Shown here one piece after another: positions 39,046 through 48,085 of a stretch of 64,000 nucleotides of DNA. Below the pieces are notes generated by a model. It searched no databases. It was not told the DNA's origin and was given only the letters and a program-made list of their open reading frames with translations. The DNA comes from an uncultured Candidatus Binatia bacterium (GTDB lineage: Bacteria; Desulfobacterota; Binatia; Bin18): the NCBI GenBank assembly GCA_965214605.1, contig OZ243961.1, positions 4,032,001-4,096,000 of the forward strand, written 5' to 3'. A program made the position numbers and the translations under genes. Positions within the stretch are counted from its first letter, which is position 1. Each line of letters starts with the position of its first letter.

Positions 39046-39663
39046 TTACTTCTCTGTTTTCTCTTTGACCGCTACCACAATCAATAGTCGTTCTTCGTCG
39101 GTATACTGATCAACCGTCAGCCCGAACGAGCCCAAAAACGCGTGGGCTTCTTCTTGACTCGGTAGTGGCGTAATCGGATAGGGGTCGGTCTTGACCAAAC
39201 GCTCGACGTAGGCCCGGCCTTCCGGGTGGCTAATCACGACCCGGCCGCCCGACCGTAACATCCGCACGATATTGCGGAGAGCCTTGGTTTTATCGGCAAT
39301 ATTACCGTACATGCCGTTCATGAAGACCACATCGACGCACTCCGCCGGCAGGGAGAGATCGACGATATCACACTGGTGGCGCTCCGCCTCAGGATAACGT
39401 TCTGCTACCTGCTCCAACATTTTTCCGGACAAGTCACAGGCGACGAGCCGGCCGGGCCGATAGACTCGGATCTGAGGAATCAGCGCCCCGGTTCCGGTCC
39501 CGACATCCAGAATCGTCTCATCGGGTCGGATGGCCGCAGCTGCAATAATGCGTCCCATCCGTTCGACCACGTCCTGGGGCAGGGGATCCAGAAAGTAAGG
39601 ATAGGATTTATCAAAGGCCTGGCGTTGGCGATCGTTAAAAGAGGCGCGCTGTTTGTCATCCAT
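39046..39663 (-). CDS. Class I SAM-dependent methyltransferase
   Basis: ILDVGTGTG, DLS..ML, LRSGG motifs. Confidence 0.88.
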   Translation of the reverse strand: MDDKQRASFNDRQRQAFDKSYPYFLDPLPQDVVERMGRIIAAAAIRPDETILDVGTGTGALIPQIRVYRPGRLVACDLSGKMLEQVAERYPEAERHQCDIVDLSLPAECVDVVFMNGMYGNIADKTKALRNIVRMLRSGGRVVISHPEGRAYVERLVKTDPYPITPLPSQEEAHAFLGSFGLTVDQYTDEERLLIVVAVKEKTEK

Positions 39664-40927
39664 CTTCTCTGCCGTCCTTTCTCAAAGACATACGCCGCAT
39701 CATCCTATACAACAATGCACTGCCAAGGCCACCGCCCAACGATCCGCCTAGCGCTACGGCAAAAGCCCCTTGTAAGCTGCCGCTGGCGTCGGCCAAGCCA
39801 CCGGCAACGCTCGGCGACAGCATCGCTCCTGAGCCGGCCCCCGTGGACATCAGGGCAAAGGCGGCTGAGGAGAGGTGAACCGGTACAAAGTCGCCGGCTG
39901 AGGCGGCACATATGGTGAATGTAGCGCGGTGGGTGAGGCCAAGGAGTACGGCGGCAATCACAAAAGCGTCTGGGATGGGGTTGAGCCAGATCAGAGCTAG
40001 GCCGACCCCCTGGACCACAAAAACACACAAAAACGCCAGGCTGCGTCCGATCCAGTCCGACACACGTCCCCAGACAATCCCGCTGCCGATGCTTAACACA
40101 CCGATCAGGATGAGCAAACGTCCAACGACCGCCAGGTCAATGCCGTTCTCCTCAGACAGATAGGTACCCAGAAAGGTATTAAAGACGCCCTGTGACCAGC
40201 CCGAGCAAAACACCATAAAACTCATCAGCCACACCAGGGGATTACGGTACACCTCGAACGGCCATCTCGGACTTGGGGATGGTCCAGGAGCGGCTGACAC
40301 GGGTGGAGACGTTCGGACTGGACGTTCTCGCACATACACCAGGGCCGCCGCGCCAATCAGGACTGTGACTACGCCAAACACCGCCCAGGCATAACGCCAA
40401 CCCAGCGTCTGGTGGGTAGACGTCAGGGCTGGCACCACAACGCCGGCTACCACAAAGGCACTACTGCCACCGGCCGAGGCCAGTCCGGCAGCCAGCCCGC
40501 GGGTGCGTGAGTCAAACCATGGCCCGAGTAGACCCATGGTCGGAATAATGGCGATGCCGGTTGACGCCCCCATCAGACAGCTCGCCGCCAGCGCCATCCA
40601 GAAATGGCTCGCTCCCCCTAACAGCCACATAGACGCCCCGGCGGTCAGCGTACTCAGACCGATCAGTCGTCGGCTGCCATAGCGTGTACTCAGCATCCCG
40701 GCTATAAAGGAGCATGGTACGCGCAGCATCCAGGCCCCCGTGACCAAGAGGCCCGCCTGGGTATAAGATAAAGACAGGCTGGCCTGCATAGCTGGCAGGG
40801 TCAGGTTTGGCGCGTATTGAAGAAAACTTGTGGTCAAATTGATCAGCACTCCGATCAGCAGAATGACCCCGGCATAGCTGGTGTACCACGGAGGGCGGTC
40901 GGGTTGGGACAGTCGCGCAGAGTCCAT
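39656..40927 (-). CDS. MFS transporter
   Basis: About 12 hydrophobic helices, RYGSRR, WF..RTRGLA.G, G.VSDWIGR; overlaps the methyltransferase start. Confidence 0.88.
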   Translation of the reverse strand: MDSARLSQPDRPPWYTSYAGVILLIGVLINLTTSFLQYAPNLTLPAMQASLSLSYTQAGLLVTGAWMLRVPCSFIAGMLSTRYGSRRLIGLSTLTAGASMWLLGGASHFWMALAASCLMGASTGIAIIPTMGLLGPWFDSRTRGLAAGLASAGGSSAFVVAGVVVPALTSTHQTLGWRYAWAVFGVVTVLIGAAALVYVRERPVRTSPPVSAAPGPSPSPRWPFEVYRNPLVWLMSFMVFCSGWSQGVFNTFLGTYLSEENGIDLAVVGRLLILIGVLSIGSGIVWGRVSDWIGRSLAFLCVFVVQGVGLALIWLNPIPDAFVIAAVLLGLTHRATFTICAASAGDFVPVHLSSAAFALMSTGAGSGAMLSPSVAGGLADASGSLQGAFAVALGGSLGGGLGSALLYRMMRRMSLRKDGREDG

Positions 40928-40994
40928 ACGTCGGGCTAACCTAGCCTATGTCGGCGGTGGTCACCATCCCATACCGCACAGGACGGACGTTGTC

Positions 40995-41939
40995 GTGCTA
41001 AAACGTTGCCCTCAGCGGTTTCGACACATTTCCTACGGCCTGATGCTGGGGGCAATCAGTCTCGTGGTGGGCTCGTGCGAACAGCTCGGTCGGGGTGGGG
41101 CAAGGACAACGGTCAGACAGGCCGATGACCTGTTTGGACCGGTTCGCTCGGTCACGGTTCTTCAGGCGGAGTTAGTGAAAAAAGACGGACAGTGGGAAAT
41201 CGGACAGCAGCGGTCGGTCCACGCCGCTAGCTACGATCGACAGGGCCGAAAAACTGAACAAACGCTGTACAACGACGACGGTACCGAGCGAGGCAGCATA
41301 CGGTTTGTTTACGACGAGAGCGGCAGACAAATCAAGGCACTGCACTTTGATACGCAGAAGCGGCTTACCGCTCGGGTGGTCTCTCAGTATGATACCGCAG
41401 GCCGGCTCGCCCAGTCGCTGACCTATACCCCGAGCCAAGAGCTGACGACCCGGACGGTCTTCAGCTACGACGCTGCGGATAGGCACATCGCCTCTCAGCA
41501 TTTTACCTCCGATGGGCGGCTTACCAGTCGGACCGTCTCGACCTACGACGCGCGGGGCAATCTGGCACAAAAACAGTGGTACCGTACCACCCGCACCCCC
41601 GTCCGGACCCGCACGGCTCGCTATGATTATCTTGGTGCGCGGGTCTCGGACAGCGTCTACGACTACGCCGTGGACGGCACCCTCAACCAACGCACCGATG
41701 TACGCTACAACCCACGCGGTCATCCCCAGCTTGAGGTCACCCACCGCCAAGACGGACGCTTTAAACGCGAGCGCTCCTTTCGCTATCTGTCCGATGCCTT
41801 TGGCAATTGGACACTCCAAACGATTCAGACTCAGGTCCTGATCGACGAGTCGCCCTCCTTTGAGCCACCCCGGGTGATCTCCCGGACGCTGAGCTATTAC
41901 GGCCGAGGGACATCTCAGGCCGTACCGAGACCACAATGA
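40995..41939 (+). CDS. Lipoprotein with YD/RHS-like beta repeats
   Basis: Lipobox-like LVVGSC; repeated YDxxG units (YDRQG, YDESG, YDTAG, YDARG, DAFGNW); start uncertain. Confidence 0.7.
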   Translation: MLKRCPQRFRHISYGLMLGAISLVVGSCEQLGRGGARTTVRQADDLFGPVRSVTVLQAELVKKDGQWEIGQQRSVHAASYDRQGRKTEQTLYNDDGTERGSIRFVYDESGRQIKALHFDTQKRLTARVVSQYDTAGRLAQSLTYTPSQELTTRTVFSYDAADRHIASQHFTSDGRLTSRTVSTYDARGNLAQKQWYRTTRTPVRTRTARYDYLGARVSDSVYDYAVDGTLNQRTDVRYNPRGHPQLEVTHRQDGRFKRERSFRYLSDAFGNWTLQTIQTQVLIDESPSFEPPRVISRTLSYYGRGTSQAVPRPQ

Positions 41940-42020
41940 GGGCCGAGTCAGCGCAAGCTCACCGGCGTACGCCGCAAACCTTTTGTCTCAAATATCCCTC
42001 TGACACCGTCCGCCCAAGAT

Positions 42021-42947
42021 ATGGATGACCTAGATTTTTCCTCTCGGCTCAACACGATTGCTGAAGACCGCAGCCATGGGGCGGCCGAGCTTGCCCATCA
42101 ATGTCTGGAGCTTATGGCCGACAGCGCCCAATCGCTGTTTGTCGCCGAGGCTGAGGCCGGGCAGGCCGTACAAGCGCTTTACCGTCGGCTGAGCGAACAG
42201 GCCCGGCAGCTCGCTGCCAGCCGTCCCAGCATGACTCCCATCCAAACCTTACTGCTGCGCTGGCAGAACCGGCTGAGCAGCCTGCCGGCAACGACGCTGG
42301 CCGAGGCCCGACGCCAATCGGCCGAAGCTGCCCGGGTCTTGGTTGAGGAATCCCGTGACGCGTTGGTCAAGGTTGCAGCCCAGGCTCGAACGCTGATTGT
42401 GGCCGGCCAAACCATTATTACCCATAGCTTGAGCTCGACCGTCCTTGAAGTCTTTCGATCTTTGCCGACCGGTCACATTCGGGCGATTGTAACCGAGTCG
42501 CGCCCCCTGTATGAGGGACGTCGGGTTGCGGCCCGTCTGTCAGACCGGAGGATTTTCACCACCCTGATTACCGATGCTCAACTTGGCCTGTTCGTGCCTC
42601 AGGCGGATATAGCCCTGGTCGGGGCGGACAGCATATTGGCCGATGGCAGTGTTATCAACAAAGCCGGAACGTATGTCTTGGCCCTCGTTGCCCAGGACCA
42701 TGGGGTGCCGGTCTATGTGTGTGCCGAAAGCTGTAAACGGCATCCGTCCCACCTACCCGAGCCTGAGCTTGAAGAGACAGACCCGGCGGAGCTGAGTCTT
42801 GAAGATACCCCACCCGGCCCGTACCTGCAGGTGCGCAATATCTATTTTGACCGAACTCCGGCTCGGCTGATCTCGGGCTGGGTCGACGAATACGGTATCC
42901 GGCTTAACGACCGTCCGGAAGGCACGGCCGGGCTCCTGGTCACTTGA
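42021..42947 (+). CDS. eIF-2B alpha/beta/delta-like protein (ribose-1,5-bisphosphate isomerase-related)
   Basis: DRSHGA, RPSM, THSLSSTV, ESRPLYEG, GADSI..DG.VINKAGT, NIYFDRTP. Confidence 0.88.
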   Translation: MDDLDFSSRLNTIAEDRSHGAAELAHQCLELMADSAQSLFVAEAEAGQAVQALYRRLSEQARQLAASRPSMTPIQTLLLRWQNRLSSLPATTLAEARRQSAEAARVLVEESRDALVKVAAQARTLIVAGQTIITHSLSSTVLEVFRSLPTGHIRAIVTESRPLYEGRRVAARLSDRRIFTTLITDAQLGLFVPQADIALVGADSILADGSVINKAGTYVLALVAQDHGVPVYVCAESCKRHPSHLPEPELEETDPAELSLEDTPPGPYLQVRNIYFDRTPARLISGWVDEYGIRLNDRPEGTAGLLVT

Positions 42948-43016
42948 CCATGTGGTCCGTTTCTGGGCATGTTCTCGGCATCAAAAAAGAGCCGTGCTTG
43001 TGCTGGGAGAACGCCT

Positions 43017-43211
43017 ATGCTGCACCTCATCCTGGGAATTGCGATGTTGCTTGGCTCTAGCCTGTGTCTGGCCTGTGGTGCATGGGATCGCAGTCAGCGC
43101 ATTTTTATTCGCGGCACACCTTTGGCCAAATACAACGCGTGTCGTGAGATCCATCGGGATTCGCCCGCAGATATCGAGAAGCTGTGTACACCCTATCTGA
43201 ATGAGAGCTAG
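43017..43211 (+). CDS. Small putative lipoprotein/secreted protein
   Basis: Hydrophobic N-terminus ending CLAC, two further Cys; GGGAG RBS. Confidence 0.55.
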   Translation: MLHLILGIAMLLGSSLCLACGAWDRSQRIFIRGTPLAKYNACREIHRDSPADIEKLCTPYLNES

Positions 43212-43220
43212 GTTGGGAGC

Positions 43221-44045
43221 ATGTCCGGGCATAAGGGGAAGCCTCTGGTTTGGAGCCGGCCTATTTGGTCTCGGCTCACTCTCGGTCTGACCACCGTCAT
43301 GTTGGCCGCTTGCAGCACGGCCACGCCGCGCGCTCCCTTCTCTCCCAGGTTTGCCCCCCACGTTCCCAAGGTCATGGTCACCTGTGAACAGGCCAACCGT
43401 ATCGCCTACAGTATCATCAAAGACGTCGGCTATACACCGACCCAGCTCATCATAGCCACTCCAGAGCGCCAGGGATTGCTGGAGGGGACGCGTTTACGCC
43501 AGGGCGGTGAAGATATTGCCCGGGTCAGGCTGACCTGCACAGACGACGGCGTCGATGTCAAAAGCGAGTATGGGGGGTTGGCCGGTTTTGGCGCGATGAA
43601 CCAACGGTTTCCCGAGTACTTTTACGAACGTTTTATCGCCACAACGGAGATCTTATACCGTCACAAGCCGTATATTCCGCCGGATTCTGTGCAGGTGACA
43701 GTCACCCCACTCGAAGGATTTGATTCCCAACTGGAGTTTGGTCACATCGTGACCGACGTTCTCCCCATCCGGATAGAGATTGCCAATACCACCAATGAGC
43801 CATACCTCTTGGAGGCCGAACAGTTTGTGCTCCTAACTGCCGCCGGCGAACAGGTCCAGGCGCTCCAACCCAGCACAACGCCGTTTCCTGTCTCGCCCCT
43901 CAGCAGTCAAATGCTGGGTCCGGGCGCCCGCCTGACCGGTTATCTCTATTACCCGCCTGGCAGCTACACCGGCGCCCGGGGAGTATTAGTCGAAAAGAGC
44001 AGCCAGGAACGGTCTGGCTTTAACGTCTATTTTTCCAGTTTATAG
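43221..44045 (+). CDS. Hypothetical lipoprotein
   Basis: Lipobox LAAC; C-terminal Ig-like segment (IEIANTT..PY.L...LTGYLYY). Confidence 0.7.
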   Translation: MSGHKGKPLVWSRPIWSRLTLGLTTVMLAACSTATPRAPFSPRFAPHVPKVMVTCEQANRIAYSIIKDVGYTPTQLIIATPERQGLLEGTRLRQGGEDIARVRLTCTDDGVDVKSEYGGLAGFGAMNQRFPEYFYERFIATTEILYRHKPYIPPDSVQVTVTPLEGFDSQLEFGHIVTDVLPIRIEIANTTNEPYLLEAEQFVLLTAAGEQVQALQPSTTPFPVSPLSSQMLGPGARLTGYLYYPPGSYTGARGVLVEKSSQERSGFNVYFSSL

Positions 44046-44067
44046 TTGATCCTATCCGCCGGGCGTC

Positions 44068-44820
44068 TCACTGTGCGATATAGCCGCCGTCCACCGGCAT
44101 GGGATGTCCAGTCACGAACGAGGCCGCATTGGAACACAACCAGACCACCGCCTCGGCAATCTCCTGGGGCTGCCCCAGGCGACCGTTGGGTTGAGCCGCC
44201 GCCATGGCGTCGATCACGCGCTCACTTGATCCTCGCAGCATGGGCGTATCAATAGGTCCCGGACAGACGGCGTTGACCCGAATATTGGATTTGGCGTATT
44301 CCAGGGCCGCGGTCTTGGTCAGACCGACTACGCCGTGTTTGCTGGCCACGTACGCCCCGGCACGCCTGAGCCCGATCAACCCGGCGTCAGAGGCAGTGTT
44401 GACAATGGCTCCGCCCCCCTGCTTGAGCATGTGGGCAATTTCGTATTTGAGACACAACCACACCCCCTTGAGATTAATCGACAGGATGCGGTCCCAGTTC
44501 TGTCCGGTATCATCGGCTACTCGTGCGGTCTGTCCGGCAATTCCGGCATTGTTGTACGCGCAGTCGAGGCGGCCATAGGTCTCAACCGTCTTGGCCACTA
44601 AAGCCTCGACCGCAGCGGTTTGGGCAACATCGGCCTTGATAAACGTCGCCTGTCCACCGGCCTGCTCTATTTGGCTGACCGTTTCTTCCCCGCCCTCAAG
44701 GGCTACATCACAGACCACCACCCGAGCTCCTTCACGTGAAAAGACCAAACACGCCTGTCTGCCAATACCCGACCCCCCGCCTGTGACTAGGGCAACTTTT
44801 CCCTCAACTAATCCCGCCAT
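44068..44820 (-). CDS. SDR family oxidoreductase
   Basis: TGGGSGIG, NNAG, YVASK, NIRVNAVCPG. Confidence 0.95.
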   Translation of the reverse strand: MAGLVEGKVALVTGGGSGIGRQACLVFSREGARVVVCDVALEGGEETVSQIEQAGGQATFIKADVAQTAAVEALVAKTVETYGRLDCAYNNAGIAGQTARVADDTGQNWDRILSINLKGVWLCLKYEIAHMLKQGGGAIVNTASDAGLIGLRRAGAYVASKHGVVGLTKTAALEYAKSNIRVNAVCPGPIDTPMLRGSSERVIDAMAAAQPNGRLGQPQEIAEAVVWLCSNAASFVTGHPMPVDGGYIAQ

Positions 44821-44924
44821 ACTATTCTCTCCTCTGCTGGTGAGCTTGGTTTTTCTGAGACAGGATTGTAGGGTGGATTGAGACGAAAGAAAACCCGTTG
44901 CGGAGTAGCAGTGCGAAAGTGACT

Positions 44925-45374
44925 ATGTCCACCACACACACCAGGCCGATCTTACAGAGACGGGAAGTTGTAACGGCCTTTCTCCGCTCTGCTGGGAAGA
45001 TCTTGCTCGTGCAGCGCAGCACCAAAACAGGCACCTACCAGCGGCGCTGGGCCGGCATTAGCGGCTACCTCGAAGACCCGACCCCGTTGCAGCAGGTCTT
45101 AAGGGAAATCCATGAAGAAACAGGTCTGGAAGAAACAACCGTCCACCTGGTGCGAGCCGGAAAGCCGCTCGAAATCCCAGCCCCAGAGTTGGCGACATAT
45201 TGGGTCGTCTATCCCTTTCTGTTTGATATTGATGCGCCCGACCAGATTTGCTTAGACTGGGAAAACACCGCTCTACTCTGGGTCTTACCCGAGCAGGTAT
45301 CGGCCTACCAGACGGTTCCGGGTCTTATGCAAGCCCTGGCCGCCTGTTTTGAGGAGGCCGAGGAACATCGTTGA
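44925..45374 (+). CDS. NUDIX hydrolase
   Basis: VVTAFL, WAGISGYLE..REIHEETGL Nudix box, LDWEN. Confidence 0.88.
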   Translation: MSTTHTRPILQRREVVTAFLRSAGKILLVQRSTKTGTYQRRWAGISGYLEDPTPLQQVLREIHEETGLEETTVHLVRAGKPLEIPAPELATYWVVYPFLFDIDAPDQICLDWENTALLWVLPEQVSAYQTVPGLMQALAACFEEAEEHR

Positions 45375-45506
45375 CTTTGCCTGCCGTGCTGAGCGACATA
45401 TTGGGCAAATCCTTTGAGCCGTGTTTCAACAGTATACTGTTCGTCATGCTGGACAATGTTCCCTGTTTGTTCTGGGAAAGATGGAGGCACACAGAAAGGA
45501 TTGCAG

Positions 45507-45935
45507 ATGGCACTCTCACAAGAAGACACTCAACGTTTTTTGTCCGAGCCCCGTAACACCATCCTCGGCACTCTCCGTAAAGACGGCTCGCCGCAGCTGA
45601 ACCCGATGTGGTTCTCTTGGACAGGAGAGGTGTTTTATATTTCGACGACAAGGACACGTTTTAAGTATCAGCACATTCTCCGCGACCCCCGTGTGACGTT
45701 GTGTATTGATGAGGCTGAAACGCTGAAGACGCTTATCGTTGAGGGGCGGGCAACAGTGCGAGAACATGATATCTGGGAAATTACCCAGCGCATTGTTGAA
45801 AAATATGTTCAGCCCGACTACGTTGCCGCGCGTATGGCTCGCTTTCGGAGCGAGCCCCGGGTGCTGATTGTTGTCAAACCGGATAGGTGGGTGTCGTGGG
45901 ACCGGAGTGAGGAGGCGGGTTTGAAGGCGCGCTGA
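45507..45935 (+). CDS. PPOX-class (pyridoxamine 5'-phosphate oxidase-like) probable F420-dependent protein
   Basis: LGTLRKDGSPQLNPMW, K..I.RDPRVTL; AAAGGA RBS. Confidence 0.85.
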   Translation: MALSQEDTQRFLSEPRNTILGTLRKDGSPQLNPMWFSWTGEVFYISTTRTRFKYQHILRDPRVTLCIDEAETLKTLIVEGRATVREHDIWEITQRIVEKYVQPDYVAARMARFRSEPRVLIVVKPDRWVSWDRSEEAGLKAR

Positions 45936-45992
45936 GCCCGAGTCGGTCATGTCGAGCAATCTCAAGTTGGACGAGACGGGGAAACCGGCCCT

Positions 45993-46406
45993 ATGGCTAG
46001 CAAAGGCCGCAGCTTTCGGACTAGGTGGGTTAGCGGATTTGAAGTCTTGATCGGCAAGGGCGATGTCGAGAACGATCGTTTGACCTTCGCCGAGGCCGAG
46101 CCGCGCGACTTTTGGCTGCACGTGGCACAGGTGTCGGGCAGCCATGTTGTGATTCGGAATCCGGATTGTCTGAGCGACCTGCCCCGACAGGTCGTCGAGC
46201 AGGCTGCCCAACTGGCAGTCTGGTACTCCAAAGCCCGCAAGAGTCGAGGTAAGGTTGAGGTCCATGTGTGCCGCGTCTCAGATGTGAGTAAACCGAGCGG
46301 CTTTACGGCCGGAAAGGTGAGGCTCCGGCGCTGGTGGAGTGTCCGGGTCTATCCGGAAGAGCCGACGTCTGCGGCAGAAGAGACAAAAGACGAGAAACCA
46401 AGCTGA
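45993..46406 (+). CDS. Stand-alone NFACT RNA-binding domain (DUF814) protein
   Basis: IGK...ENDRLT, DFWLH....GSHVVI, AAQLA.WYSK, V.KP.G..G.V. Confidence 0.85.
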   Translation: MASKGRSFRTRWVSGFEVLIGKGDVENDRLTFAEAEPRDFWLHVAQVSGSHVVIRNPDCLSDLPRQVVEQAAQLAVWYSKARKSRGKVEVHVCRVSDVSKPSGFTAGKVRLRRWWSVRVYPEEPTSAAEETKDEKPS

Positions 46407-46432
46407 GTCTGAGGACTCAGCTTACCTCGGGT

Positions 46433-47281
46433 TTAGGTCTCCTTAGAGGCAAAGAACGCGATCGTCCGAGCCTCAACGCTCTCACGGGGGGCGGCGTTGA
46501 CCGGACTGGCCGGATTCTCAAACGCGCTGTGGGCGGTAAAGCGGGCGGTACCGTCCGTTCGTGAATCGTAACACTTGAGGAGTAGAGCCTCATCGGGCTG
46601 CATATCTGAACAATAATACCAACGGTGGCCGGGGTGGTAGGAAACGGAGTAGACCTCTCCGGTCCGGTTTGGGTACTTGAGATCGGTGGCCACAAAATGG
46701 TCCTGACCGATGCTCTGGGCATCGCACACCGCCAGTGGGGTATCCTGCACTGGACCGCGAATCGGCCGCCAGACGTTGATAAAAGCAAAGCGGTGTTTGA
46801 GGCGTCCTTCGGCCTCCTGGGCGGGCAACAGGTCGCGGACGCGCTGCGGACCTGAGGCAGTGGTATAGTCGTTGTGACACGTTAGGACTGGCTCGCGGGC
46901 GCCGTCTTCTTCACGCTGTGCCCGCGGTGCGTTGCGCACGTTATGGTCAAAGACCAGCACCTTTTCGGCTCCGGTGAGGCGTTTTACCAACGCGGCGACT
47001 TCCGGGTAGTAGACGCGTTGTACCTCTTGCGCGTCGTAAAAATTGCCGACTTGGGTCTCCTGGCGGGTGAAGCTCAGCCCTTGGGCGTCGAGAGAAAATT
47101 GGTCGACAATCGGCCGGGCATCGTGAATCGGTACGGCGTGGGTGGTGTACCGGCCGTTACGCTGGGGAACGCCGGGTGGGGGAGGATAGAGATAGTAGAC
47201 AGGTTTTTCTTCCATATCGTCGGCTAGATAGTTCATCTGGGCTGTCACATACGCTAGCCCTTCTACACTGAGCTTCTCCAT
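46433..47281 (-). CDS. CmcJ/NvfI/AsaB-like oxidoreductase
   Basis: YYPE, FDHNVR, HNDYT, INVWRPI, PLAVCDA, HSAF, RESVEAR; AAGGAGG RBS before ATG 47281. Confidence 0.85.
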   Translation of the reverse strand: MEKLSVEGLAYVTAQMNYLADDMEEKPVYYLYPPPPGVPQRNGRYTTHAVPIHDARPIVDQFSLDAQGLSFTRQETQVGNFYDAQEVQRVYYPEVAALVKRLTGAEKVLVFDHNVRNAPRAQREEDGAREPVLTCHNDYTTASGPQRVRDLLPAQEAEGRLKHRFAFINVWRPIRGPVQDTPLAVCDAQSIGQDHFVATDLKYPNRTGEVYSVSYHPGHRWYYCSDMQPDEALLLKCYDSRTDGTARFTAHSAFENPASPVNAAPRESVEARTIAFFASKET

Positions 47282-47422
47282 GGACGGCTCCTCCTTTGTC
47301 GGCGTGGGCAAAAAGGGTAGCGCACTCACCCCGGCTTGTACAGCCAGGGCGCTGTTCCCCGGAGCGTCTTGGGCCTGGTCTTGCGCAGGGTTTGGCACTT
47401 CAGATACACACCGAACACGCCT

Positions 47423-48082
47423 ATGACCAAACCTCCTGTGTACGAACAGATACAACTGAGCTATGAGATCACCGGCGACTTGTCGGTTGAGCTGATAGAG
47501 ATTTGCAACTGGCGGCCGGACTTTCCAGCCTGTGAGTACTGTGGCGATAATGAATACTGGAACATCGTGTGGCCGACAGGCCTGGCCGTGGCGCGCTATG
47601 TTGCCGGCCAGGTCATGCCCGAGCAAATTCGCGGCCGGCGCGTCCTGGTTGTGGGCTGTGGGGTTGGGCTGGAGAGTGTGGTGTTGGCCAAGTTGGGAGC
47701 CCGAGTGTCTGCGCTGGACCATGTGGCTGACGCGCTGTCCCTGGTTGATCTCAACTGCGCGTTAAACGGCGTGTCCGCCATTCACACGATTTGCTGCTGT
47801 TTGCACGATCCGAGTAGTCTTCAGACCCTTGGCTCCTACGATTGGATTGTGGGTGGAGATGTCCACTACGAGCCGGAGAACGCCACCTGGGTACGAGCCT
47901 TGTTGCAAACGGTCTTAGTTCCCCACGGACGGGCGGTCTTTGCCGACCCGTTTCGAGAGGGCGTAGACGAATTTTTTGACGAGTTGCCCCCGGACAGATT
48001 CCGGCTGCGGGAGCACCTCACTCAGGTTGGATGGATTCGCGACACGCAGGCCGTGCGCATCTACGATATCGTCGGTCGCTGA
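47423..48082 (+). CDS. SAM-dependent methyltransferase, protein-lysine methyltransferase-like (Methyltransf_16)
   Basis: YW..VWP.G, VGCGVGL, GDVHYE, ADP.R. Confidence 0.8.
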   Translation: MTKPPVYEQIQLSYEITGDLSVELIEICNWRPDFPACEYCGDNEYWNIVWPTGLAVARYVAGQVMPEQIRGRRVLVVGCGVGLESVVLAKLGARVSALDHVADALSLVDLNCALNGVSAIHTICCCLHDPSSLQTLGSYDWIVGGDVHYEPENATWVRALLQTVLVPHGRAVFADPFREGVDEFFDELPPDRFRLREHLTQVGWIRDTQAVRIYDIVGR

Positions 48083-48085
48083 GGG

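Noticed and set aside
40995-41939. RHS polymorphic toxin
   Set aside because: Too short, lacks the RHS core DPxG motif, toxin tip and immunity gene.
47282-47722. N-terminal extension of the CmcJ-like ORF
   Set aside because: Antisense to the methyltransferase; a strong RBS precedes ATG 47281.
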